DNA of 64,000 bases from the human T2T-CHM13v2.0 reference genome, Homo sapiens. Position numbers and translations under genes: made by a program. Within the stretch, counting starts at the first letter, position 1. Each line of letters starts with the position of its first letter. The DNA lies in assembly GCF_009914755.1 (NCBI RefSeq), contig NC_060933.1; one strand, written 5' to 3'. The notes beneath the pieces were generated by a model, which was not told where the DNA came from, searched no databases, and saw only the letters and a list, made by a program, of their open reading frames with translations. Shown one piece after another: positions 12,701-23,850 of this stretch.

Positions 12701-13855
12701 TTGAACTTTAACACTTAAGTGATTCTTACCAGATAATGACCAACACCTCTCCACTAGTTATTTGGGTAACACTATAACTTTTCCAAAGTACTTTTACTTT
12801 CTCATTTGATTCACAACATCTTTGTCAGATTGGTAAAGTACCTTCTTTTGATCTACACTTCTGATAAGTGTAGATGCTCAGAGATAGTCACTTGCCCAAA
12901 ATTACATGGCTAGTGAGAGATAGATTGGGAACATCTGCAACGAAAGAGGCAGATTGGGAACATTTTGGCCACTATTTCATATGCGTTTCATTACATTGTG
13001 CTCTTTTAACTATTGTGGTTGGAATTTGACTGGGGGGTTATTTATAAAATAAAATCTAATGGTACAAAATCCATGGTGCCTTCTGCAGCACCAGAAGATA
13101 AAACACGAGGAATTAGAAATTGGCATCAGTCTTCAGATACCTCAGCTGATTCGATCATAAATTAACTCTAAGATATAATGGTCAGACAAAATCAAGAGCA
13201 AATATATTCTTCATGGATTAAGTGATACTCTTCTGGCAAGCACAAAGTAAAGCGGGAGAGACAAACTAATTGCTCAATAAATGGTGCCTGCTAGTCTCCT
13301 TTGCTCTACTTATCTAGAAAAGCGAATACATATTGTAAGTAAATAACTAAATTAAAAAATACTTCCAAGTTAATGCCAGGTCTCTGTTCTTCAAGAGGAA
13401 CCTGTAAAAGATCACTGCTTTAAAAAGTTTTGCATCACTTGACATTTAATTTGAAATTGTTTATCTTTAAGTCAGCAACAATTAGATGCGACTATCAGCT
13501 ATTCATCATGAATTGCAGAATACATTTCCCCCAGAGGAGAAAGAGCTGTGATTTGCATAGAGCAAGTCAAAGAAAACCAACACAGTTGAGAGCAGATGTT
13601 TTAAAAATAAATATCCCTTACTGGTCCCCTCATGAGGTACCCCTGTGCCATGCAAAAATAGTGCTTTGTTAGCCAAATTCTAATAAATAGGCTTCAGTGC
13701 TTAGTCCTGTACTGTCAGAGAAAATGCACAATTTAAAACACTTGTATTTCCATGAAAGAAGCATATATTAATTTGTTAGTACATATCGCTCATGAAGCAG
13801 GCAAAGTTGTGGTTGGTGTATTCAACGAGAGTGTTGAAAATAGTAGTGGGATCAC

Positions 13856-14000
13856 TTTTTTTTTTAATTAAAAAATTTTTTTAAGAGTCAGGGTCTTACT
13901 ATGTCACCCAGGGTAGTCTGGAACTCTTGGGCTCAAGCCGTCCTCCTGCCTCAGCCTCCCAAGCAGCTGAGACTACATGTAGGTGCCACCATGCCTGGCT
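13856..14000 (-). mobile_element. FLAM (free left Alu monomer)
   Basis: Poly-T followed by a single Alu monomer (ctcttgggctcaagc...cctcagcctccc...ccaccatgcctggct). Confidence 0.85.
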
Positions 14001-17000
14001 GTGCAGTCACTTTTGAATTGCATGGATTTGGATCTAAGCCAATTATATTACATCATTAACTCTGCCTAATAGAACCAATATGAAGTTAAGGTGAGGTGTA
14101 TATTTTTTTAAAAAAATGTGTACTTGTCACTACTTCAGCAGGTAAACTTTAGGGAGTTAACTTTGAAGAAACTACACAAAACCTGTAGAAGAAAAAGTCA
14201 TGTAGGAAGGAGAGAGAAAGAAAGTATAACTGCAGGAATTTAATTTAGGTGTAAATGGAATTAGGTTCATATTCAGCATCATTATTTGAAGGTTATAAGA
14301 ATAGAATTTAGAACAAAGAAGTAATCATTTTAATAAAATGGGTTAGCCTCAAGTGGGGTTTGAGTGTTGTAGTGAAGTCAGAATTCTTTTGATGGAAAAC
14401 TGCTTTGACCCCATCCTATGTTTAATGTTTTATTAAGCTTTTATTATGCAGTTATAATATACATATGTTTTCCAAAAGTATGTAGTTAACTAACTTACTT
14501 TTAATGAATTTCCCTACTTGAAAGAAGCTGATCCCCTAGAAGGTGATGATCTTATGTGATTATCTTATTTTGAATACATAGTGTATTGAAATAAAACTAT
14601 TATGCTTTTCTCAGGGGTTTGTCCATCTCAGTGGCAGCTCTTTCCATTTAAGAGTTGTGGCAGGATGTTACCAAAACTATTGCTCATTAATTAAAACCTT
14701 CAGATGAATGTAATCAGCAGCCCAAAATAAAGTGAGAGAAAACAGCTGTTGCTGCTCTTGCTATGAAAGCAATTTTGATTTAAGTAAGAGACACAATTTT
14801 ATTTTACTTGGTTGTGTGAAAAAGTCCACTTTCTTCTCGAATCCTTTATTCAGGGAGTGGCACACAACCAACAAATTAGGTCACTGGGCAGTAGACTCCG
14901 AGGATGGTGGCTAGATTAAGTCAATTTTATTTAATGTGTAAAATGAGTTTGACATCCTTTTATATATAGAAAGTTTTTAAAAATCACATCACTGCATTAG
15001 AGGAAGGTCCACTTTTCCAGAGAAGCAAGGGAAAGATCAGTTATTGTTTTCACTGAAAGCAGATTACGGTCATCTTAAAATTATATATTACAGTGACTTG
15101 GCATTGATCAGAACATTCTTAATACAGAATATTATAGAATGACATTTAAATGAGATACCAAAAGTAAGACAAATTAGATATGTTTGAATTTAAAGTAAAA
15201 AGGGAGATGAAAGAAAATGTAGTCAGTTGAACAAACTAGATCTGAGTTAATATAATAATCTCTCCCTTTCAAGATGTGTGCCATGAAGGTAACAGTGACA
15301 ACAGTGATTTAAAATATGTTTCTGAGTTGAAATACAGAAACAAATGTGCTTGACAGCGTATTTATTTTATTGTCAGCTTGTCCCTGGAGGACTTTATCCA
15401 CCCCCCACCCCGGTCTTAGAGCTTTGAAGTTTACAGATTCTGGATTCTGCTTCATGGTTTTTCTGGTCCCCTTGTTGTAATGTGCTGTATGCTGCACACA
15501 TCCGTTCTAGAACACAACTTCCCTTCTAACTAAGGAACACGAATTTTGGTGAAAAATTCTTGCTACTTAAGACTCTTGCCAAACAATCTACAAATGAAAA
15601 GGAGTCTGGAGACTGTGACCACTATTGGCCACTTACGAAGTATTAGGTAATAAAGAAGCAATGATAAGAAGCAAGTGATGCTGACTCCTGCATTTTGTTA
15701 GATCTGATTCTGCATGTATATTAATAATGATGCACCCTATGGATGCAATTTCATGTTTATAACACTTTGGTCATTGGCAGCATTGTGTATCTGTGTTTTC
15801 CATGCCTTCCCATCTGCTGCCTACACCATTCAGATTCAGGTGACAGAAATATTTTATATAAAAGTTAATTAGCCTGCACTCTACAGATCAAATCTCTGTA
15901 GTTCGGCTAGGAATCTTCTGGGCAACTGCTGAATATGGCTTGTACTCAACCTTCCTAAGATTAAAAATGTAAGATTTATTTTCTTCTAGAAAAAGAAATC
16001 TTTAGTACTCCCTTGACAATTTATGCATAGATTCTATCAAACTTTTCATTGTACATTGCCCTTACTCATTTTAGTTTTTATCTCGGCACATATATCAGAA
16101 GTGGAAGAAGATTGGAAATACATATTTTTCCAGCTGCAAGAGTTGAGTGAAAATGATGTAGAGTCAGAAATCCTCCAGAATGTGGACTTTTTTACTAGTA
16201 CACTGACCAATGTTGATCAAGTCCCCAGACTTTTCTCAGTTTCTCAGTCGTTAAAATGGGCCCATGCCAATTACCTATTTGCTTCATAGATACTTTGTGC
16301 AAGGCTTAACACAGCTTGAGATTATGATAAAAGTAACATATAAAAGGCAGAAAACTCATTACTAAATAAGGACTCTGTCTTGTTCTTAAAGATTCATCTC
16401 CTCATTATTACTTGTCAACGTTAAGTTCACAAATAGCTCTTTCATTGAAAATATGTTTAGCTTTTTTAATCAATAAGAAACTAAATCATTTAATTCCTTT
16501 TTTTTTTTAATTCTTAGATGATGGGGAGAGAAATGGGCTGAACACAGCAACTGAATACCAGCCTCTGAGTCCACATTACATAGAAGGAAAGTAGGGACAA
16601 AGAAACAATCCCCAAATAAATCTCCCCGTCCATCTTTACACTTTTATATATTTCTAATGCTTTCCAATATCCGAGACTAATTGACCACTCTTCTCTACCT
16701 ATGGCTTCTGTACTAGGTGCAGATTTTCTATTTACCCAGAGGAATTCAGAGCGATGTGCTTTCTTCCTTACACCTTTGCCTAAGGCTCAGGCACACCTTC
16801 TGAAGAAGTCAGAGAGAGCAGATGCTGCTTTTCCGACACATGCTGTCAGAGTTGCTCTTGGGAGTGTGACACCTAGCCAGGAGTCAGGGATACCCCACCC
16901 CCATACCCTGCTCTTGTAGTTCTTCAGAACCTTCACCGCTCTCCACGGTCCTGAACCTCGACTTCTACTTCCCGTCGGGCATCTACTAGATTTCTCCCAG

Positions 17001-17282
17001 CCGGTCAAAATATGATTTTCTCTCATATTCTCCCCACTTCTTTCCTTCCAGCCGCGACCTCACTGCGCGTTTTATTTCCATCCGCGCTTTAAATATTTTA
17101 TTCTACTTCTACTAAGCTCCTTCTACCTACCACCTACGAACATGGCCCAATCGTTAAGCAATATCAAAGTTATAAAGTAACAACTCCCCTCAGACTTTAC
17201 CAAGCCGTTTTCTCTCCCCTCATGCAATGGCCCCGGCCCCCAGCAGCGCCCATCTCCACTCCACGCACCAGGCTCCTCTCAC

Positions 17283-17981
17283 CTGACTCTCCCGCGGAAA
17301 CTCGTGGCGCACGATGCTGATCACTGGAATGTGCAGGACTAAGCTGACCAAGTCGAGCTCCATCATTTCGCCCTGGCTCTGGGGGAAGGCGAGCAGCGCC
17401 GACACCCCTTGCACCACCACGGTATGGCACACACTTTGCAGGAAGGAGAAAGGGTCACTGCTCCATGGCGAACTAGGGGAGGAGAAGGGCAAAAGTGGCA
17501 GATCGCCCAGGCCTGCCTCGATGGCCATCACTACTTCCAAAGACAGGTTGTAGGGTAGCAGCCCTTCCACGCGGTTCAGGTTGTCCACGGCAAATAGGAG
17601 GGCGTCCCGTGGCCACAGGGCCTCCGCCCTGGCGCCCTCCCCGGGCTTACGGGAGCCCGGCGGCCCCCGGCCATGCAGGGTGCTCCCCAACCAGCGTGCG
17701 CCCGGCGAGGGCGCCGGGGACCGCCTAGTCCCTGGCTCCGGCTCATCCCTCTGGGCTCCTGCTCGGCTGTCGTCCGGAGCGCGGCTGGCCGCGCGGGGGG
17801 CGGTGGTCCAGGGCTGCAAGTGCACCGCGCCCACCCTCACCGCGTGCCCGATGCGCTTGAGGATCTGGCAGGGCTGCGGGTGCGAGGAGGAGCTGGGCAC
17901 CCCGGCCAGCACCAGTGCGCAGGGCGGCGGCAACAGCAGACAGACCCTGCTCAGCAGCCACCACAAACTCAGTCTCCTCAT
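17283..17981 (-). CDS. GRIN3A: Coding part of exon 1 of glutamate ionotropic receptor NMDA type subunit 3A (GluN3A): signal peptide and start of the amino-terminal domain, residues 1-233
   Basis: Translation [27 protein letters not shown]...[17 protein letters not shown] is recognised as the human GluN3A N-terminus. It has a hydrophobic signal peptide and an NLS sequon. The 699-nt coding segment ends at a canonical donor CAG|GTGAGA (plus-strand 'ac' at 17281-17282), phase 0. Confidence 0.98.
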
Positions 17982-18123
17982 TACTGAGACCCGCAGGGAG
18001 AAAGCGCGCCCCCTCCTGCGCCCGGCTCGCCCCTCTGCAGCCGCTGCCTGAGGTCTCCGCCTCCAGGTCCCGCGCGCAGCTTCACTCCACTCGGTGAAGC
18101 GGTCCCAGGAGCTGGAGCGGTCT

Positions 18124-18198
18124 CTAGGCCATGCAAGTTGGAGCGTAGCGCGCCTCCGGCAGTCTCAGATCCCGCTCCCAGGTCCCTCCGCCTGGCAT
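18124..18198 (-). other. uORF3, 24 aa ([24 protein letters not shown]), containing a nested minimal ATG-GCC-TAG uORF at 18132-18124
   Basis: ATGs at 18198 and 18132 are in frame and share the TAG at 18126-18124. Confidence 0.6.
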
Positions 18199-18252
18199 CC
18201 TCTGCCCGCCCGGTCACTGCGCTGAGCAGGCAGGCGGGCGGGCCGGCGCCTG

Positions 18253-18291
18253 TCACCCGCAGCTGGAGCGCCCGTTCCCTGCCCGCCCCAT
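18253..18291 (-). other. uORF2, 12 aa (MGRAGNGRSSCG)
   Basis: ATG 18291 to TGA 18255-18253, hand translated. Confidence 0.6.
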
Positions 18292-18465
18292 CTGCAGGGC
18301 GCCTCGGGCACTGCGTCCGGCCCCGCGAGGCGGCCGGGATGAGAAGCAGCCGGAGTTCCTCGGGGGCAGCAGTGACAGAGGAGCGACGCGCTCTCGCCTG
18401 GATTCTTTTCCTTTTCTGCCCAGGCGAGACCCACTTATTTCCTGGGGTCGCGTTGGAGAGGGCTT

Positions 18466-18552
18466 TCACGCCCGGGGTGCGGAAAAGAAGCCAAATCCAC
18501 CTTCCTCCACTGTTGGCCACCCTCCTGCAGGCTCCCCCAGCGCCGACTTCAT
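18466..18552 (-). other. uORF1, 28 aa (MKSALGEPAGGWPTVEEGGFGFFSAPRA)
   Basis: Hand translation from ATG 18552 (A at -3) to TGA. Present in mRNA only if the TSS is upstream of 18552. Confidence 0.5.
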
Positions 18553-20614
18553 TTTCTCTCTTCTCTCGCTACTTCCTCTCTGCCTTTCTTTCGTTATTTT
18601 TCCACCGAGTCGCCACCGCCGCTTGCTTCCTCGGAGGAGCAACGCGACTGGCCAGCAAAGGGTGGCTCTGCTCCGAGCGCCAAAGTTCTCCCCGCCTCAG
18701 CCGGCGCCTCCCTGTTGCTGAGCCCTGGCGCCTGCCTGTCGCTTGGCTGCGCTAAACGCCCACTGTTGGTGAGATTCCCGAGTGGCACATCCCGCGCCCC
18801 TGGAAAGTCCTCTCCCCTCAAAGGCTGGGCGTCATAGTTTGCAAAATTCCCTAAAACCTAAGAAGGAAAATAGGACTATGAGCCGGTGAGAATTCTGAAT
18901 TCAGAGTCGCACCTGAGGGATCTGAAATTCGGTGGTTCACTGAAATAGGTTCAAAGAGGCTGTGACTTAACGAGCTTCTGGATGTGTCGCTTTTAAGGTT
19001 TTTCTAGCTAAGGGTATTAAAGTAAGAATTATTTACACATTTTTATCTCCTCAGCTTCTTTCTTTCTGGCATGTGAGCCTTTGCATTTTTTTTTTTAAAG
19101 AATCCCTGTTTTTAGGTTCTCAGAATTAAAACAAAGTGAATTCAAAGCAATTTTTTCAGTTCAAGAAATTAAAGAGTTTCAAAATACTTTTAGAGTTTAA
19201 AATGCAGTCAACAGCAGTTCCCAGTTTAGATCAAGAGTCCCCAGATCACAGTTTGTACTAAGTTATTTCATTTGTATGGTAATACAGTGAAGTCAACGTG
19301 TTGTGATCTAATCTTTTCCTCCATGATTTGAATAATCTGAAACTAGAAGGTAAGGAAAGAGTTAAGGGCAGGCCTGTGGTTTGCACATATACAGTAGATT
19401 AATTTTATTTTATCCCACAGTATCGTTTAGAAGGAGGGTAGGAGAGATCCATGGGGTGGAGCAAGCACTGGGGATCAGCCTTTCTGAGTCTAATACTACT
19501 TCATGACCATGACCTTGGCAACTTATTTCACCCGACCTTGCCCTGCTGTTTGGATCTGCTAAATTGTTATGCAAATACAGCTGGCTTTTAGCTCTGGAGG
19601 GTTGTTTTGATTCATGAGCTAAAGTTTCCATCATGTTTTAAATCCTGGGAAGAAGAGACTCTAGTTAAGTAAAAATCCCAAGAAGCTTGCAAAGTGAATG
19701 CTGTTTTCCCCAGCCCAGATCTTTAAAGGTATCTCAGAACAAATTTACCAGACATTCGGCATCGTTTTTGCAAGACTGGGTTGCTAGAGAAGAAAAGTCT
19801 CCCATGAGAAAAAAAGTGAAAATCATAGTAGTGGGCTGAATGAGGAGGGAAAGAAACCCTCCTGAAGCCTGAGAGAACATCCCATGAATGGAGAAAAGCT
19901 GCCTCTAGTGTGCTGGAAATTCCCCCTTGATCCACAGGATTCCACTGATTGAGATCTGAATAATAAAAGTGTAGAAGTCTGAGGTCCTTGCATTGCAGGA
20001 AGATTGGGTATCTACTAATTGTGTAGTAAGGAGGTATATTTGTCTGTACTCGAGTGTGTGTTTTGAAGAATATAATGTATAACTTTCTAGGTTATGACCA
20101 TGCTTAGTCCTTGTACTTTTAGTCCTTGGCATTACACTTATGTTCAGATCAGGTTCTCAAGAAAAACATGATGATGGAGAATAGTTTGATCTGATCATTA
20201 ATAGCATCCTAGAATCACTCTATATGCATTAGGTTTTTCACAAGTTCATGACTGCCTTGAGGGAATAACTGAACTGCTCTTACACAGAAGACCTTCCCAA
20301 GTTTCTGAGGATAATACTGCACCAGGTCGTGATAAAACTCTACTTAAACCTGGTGAATACTGAGTGAACAATGAAGAATGGCTCTCCCTTCTTGGGCTTC
20401 CTTTTGTTTCTTTCCGGGCTTTCCCATTATAATTCACTGGTGTCCTTCCTGTTTTCCTTTTGCTGCTTGGTTTTCTTTGTCCATATCATGGTGGTCTGAG
20501 CATATCTGACAAAATTGTTCTCTCTCCTTTCCCCAAATCTTCTTTTTCCTTTTCCCTTTCTCCTTCTTGTCCACCTTTTTCATGTGTCAAGGGTCATCAT
20601 TTTCAAAGTTCACT

Positions 20615-21430
20615 TAAATTCAACAACCAATTATTAAGCTCCTAGTATGTGTCAATCATTGTTGTAGGACCATCCTGGAAACAGATGAATAAACTCTAGA
20701 AAAGTTGAGTTTTCTCCTTTCCACAACATCACATAGTCAATAAGTGAACAAAATGCTAACATAGAGCTTATATTCTAGTGTGAAAGAGACAATAAAATAT
20801 ACAAATAAGTAAATAAATGTAGGGTATGTTAGTTTGTGCTAAGTGGAAAAAGAAAGCAGTGTAGAGGAAGTATTAGGAAGAGGTTGGGTTGTAATTTTAG
20901 GTGAGAAAGCCAGGGAAGACCTCTCGGAGAAGACAGCTTTTGAATAAAGATGTAAAGGGAGGTAAGGGAGTGATTCATGTGAATACTCTAGGCAAGAATT
21001 CCCAAGCAGGGGAAACTACATGCCAAGGCCCCGAGTGTTTCTGGAAGGTTTAAAGAATAATGAGGGGTCTGGAGTGGCCGGAGCAAAATGATCCAGGGTG
21101 AAAGTGGTGGCAGGTCAGGTCAGAGAGGCAATGAAGAGGTGGCAGACAATGTAAGCAAATGAACTTTGGCATCTACTCTGAAAGAGATGAGAAGGCATGA
21201 AGGCAGGGACATTGGGCAGAAGAGTGATAGAATTAATACTTTAACGGGATCGCTACAGTTGTTTTGTTACTGATAGATGAACAGTGGTTAAGAGTGGAGG
21301 GCAGAAGAGTGATAGAATTAATACTTTAACGGGATCGCTACAGTTGTTTTGTTACTGATAGATGAACAGTGGTTAAGAGTGGACGCCAGAAGATGAGAAA
21401 AGGAGATGAGGCTATTGCAATAAGCCACAT
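20615..21430 (-). mobile_element. L2 LINE fragment
   Basis: Starts with the reverse of the L2 3' end (ttcaacaaccaattattaagctcctagtatgtgtca), followed by typical purine-rich L2 antisense body. Confidence 0.75.
21214..21383. repeat. Perfect 85-bp tandem duplication (2 copies)
   Basis: gggcagaagagtgatagaattaatactttaacgggatcgctacagttgttttgttactgatagatgaacagtggttaagagtgga at 21214-21298 and 21299-21383. Confidence 0.97.
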
Positions 21431-23694
21431 GAAAAATAACACTACTGTCAAATCATAGAAATCAACCTCAATAGGTTTGTGTGATCATCCCCATTCTAAA
21501 GAAAAGGACATTGAATTTGAGAAAAGTTGAGTTATCTGCACAAAATCATTAGATAGTGAGTAGCATTGTGGCTTCAATATTTTAAGTTCTTCCCAGCTGT
21601 GTGGTTGGTAGCTAAAATCAGTCAAATTTCAAAATTGGCTTACTCAGAGATGAAGCTTTTTAAAAATTATTATCTGACTCAGAATGAGAACTACTGATCT
21701 AAGAACCCATGTTGGAGAGTCAAACCAGAACAAATCCAAATGCTCGCAATTTAACATGTGCTTTTGTTCACATCTGTGTTTTCTGGTACCAGCAATGGAT
21801 GGACTAAAAGCTGAGATATATTGCTATGGTGGTAGCCAAGGAAAGGCTACAGTAAAGGATGCTGTGGGAATTAGGAGTTAGATTCTCTTTTCAGTATTGT
21901 TTCGCCTATAGATATGACATTTAACCTCTTACAGCTGAAGATTCCTCCTCTGAACTGTGGTTGTGGCGACAGATCTTAACAGTTGTCTGTATAGATGCAA
22001 CAGTATGCAGCCTCCTGTGAATCTTTTCAAGTTCCACGGGAATGGGAGGCTTCTGGTGAGTCTGGAAAACTATCTTGTGTTTTTTCCTATACCTTGACTT
22101 ATTACAAGTTGCATTCACATCTATCTTTGTTTTTGTAAATGGCCATAATATTAAATGGCATGTCCCCAATTCTGGGTCTCCCCTTTTTTTTTTTTTTTTT
22201 GCAATAGTAATTATGTAGATTTTTATCAATATTCAGATGAAAAATGTGTTCTCCCCTAGCTAGTGCATATCCAGAGTCTCAAATTATGCTGTCTTCCACA
22301 TTGGCTCCTTTGTTTCTATTGCCAAGGACCTTGTTGTCATGTGAATCTTCCTGGATAAAAGCAAACAAACAAAAAATATATGGAGCTCTTAGAGAATCTA
22401 TGGTAGCAGAATTTTAGAAGGGAATGAATCTAGAAAAAAATTAGGTCAGTTTAGGGGAGCAGACCCTGAGGGCTCATCTATCCAAAGCCTAATAATTTTT
22501 TCTCATTCCCTCAATTAAAAATAAGCCTATATTCACTCAATACTTTGTAACACTGTTCTACATTCTACTAATTAGGCATTAATTTTGGCAGCAATTATTC
22601 TCTTTTAAAAATGCAAATAACTCTCATGATTTTGGGACTATCAGTGAGTCACAGATTAGTATAAATTATTTTATCCTGATTGGTGTAAAATTAATATCCT
22701 GTTGGGATTTTTGGGGGGAAGAGAAGGGAAAGAAGTTTATTTTGCATTATAAAGGATTTTGGGAACACAAGAGATCTTAAGGAAGAATTTCAGAAGGTGT
22801 GCAACAAATCTTCATTACTCTAGAGCTTTTATCTTAAGTAACTTCTACATGCCAGGCACATTGTATATAGGATCCAGGTGAAACTTCCCTGAATAATTTC
22901 TAGGCAGACTGAGAAACTGGAAACAGGAAAAAAGGGACCTTAGAAACTAAGGAAATAGGGTGACAAAGAGGAAGGAAAAATCTAGTCTGTTTTGTCCAAT
23001 TCAAAATATTGCCTATGCTTTGACCTTATGCTGGAAAACACAAAGGATACTGTCTTTTCTTTTGCATCACATAATCCCCTACACCCAAGAAACCAAATTC
23101 AGGCCAGGGCTATTACCTATCTGTAAATTAGGAACTGCCAATAGTTGTTAACCTTTTAGCTATGAAAAAGCACATTATGGTATCCTTAATCTACTTATTG
23201 TCAGGGGAGTCAGTCATCAGCTGTGACAAGTGCTTGGCCTTTTCAACATCCACCAGGATTATTAGCTGAGTGTTTGGATTTCCTGATTTCCTTTCTAAAC
23301 CACATACTAAAGGGAACTCAAATAGAGATTGGAGAAGCTAATATGGCAGTCTCTCTCAATCACTCTCTTCTTCTGTGTGTGATAATCATTTCAATTTAGT
23401 GTTTATGGAATGATCTATGGAATAAAACTTGGCCCATCACAGACTGGGACATTTTTAAGGACTTTTTTGTGCTTAATTTGCAGAACTAGTTTTATAACTG
23501 CAGCCAAAAGAATTTGGAAATTTTCTAAAAGCTTATTTGCCTTCATGGATCTTTTATGCCTTGCATCTGTAAAAAAATTTAGTCTACAGAAACATAGTTT
23601 TTATTCCTTTAGAAAGAGACTTCAAGAAAGACTTTCAGATGATATTCAAGAATTATGCAGTCTTTATTATTCTAGAGCTTTTATCTTGAGTGAC

Positions 23695-23850
23695 ATCCGT
23701 GCCAGGTACTTGGCATACATGATTTCTTAATTTCATGAATAGACAGCTCTCCTTATTTTATAGATCATGAAACTGAGGTTGGTGAGGTCAATTCATTTGC
23801 TGAGAAATGGGATGCAAACCCAGATTTTATATTCTCTCTTCAAAGTTCAT
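23695..23850 (-). mobile_element. MIR SINE fragment
   Basis: ttttatagatcatgaaactgagg core in the reverse orientation. Confidence 0.6.

Larger units (their letters stand above)
1..17282 (-). other. GRIN3A: Proximal part of GRIN3A intron 1 (continues beyond the window start)
   Basis: Begins at the GT donor after exon 1. No further GluN3A-coding sequence is seen in 1-17282. Confidence 0.9.
17982..18620 (-). other. GRIN3A: GRIN3A 5' UTR (long GC-rich leader; exact TSS not determinable from sequence)
   Basis: Contiguous GC-rich sequence upstream of the ATG. A leader of roughly 0.6 kb is recalled from annotation, not derived here. Confidence 0.65.
16950..18830. promoter_or_regulatory. CpG island / TATA-less promoter of GRIN3A
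   Basis: Sharp rise in GC and CpG density (cgcg, gcgc, ccgg clusters) over exon 1, against CpG-depleted AT-rich flanks. GC-box-like motifs are present. Confidence 0.9.

Noticed and set aside
12922-12963. 13-bp direct repeat agattgggaacat with 16-bp spacer
   Set aside because: Only two copies at a MIR-like edge. Most simply a small old duplication or insertion scar with no functional indication.
18702-18722. RE1/NRSE-like sequence (minus strand CTCAGCAACAGGGAGGCGCC)
   Set aside because: The left half has a mismatch in the GCACC core and the GGACAG right half is absent or needs a gap. Too degenerate to call without REST ChIP data.
18138-18755. 205-aa plus-strand ORF antisense to the GRIN3A leader, and other antisense ORFs over exon 1
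   Set aside because: Non-ATG start, low-complexity Ala/Arg/Pro/Ser composition typical of CpG islands, and no supporting signals.
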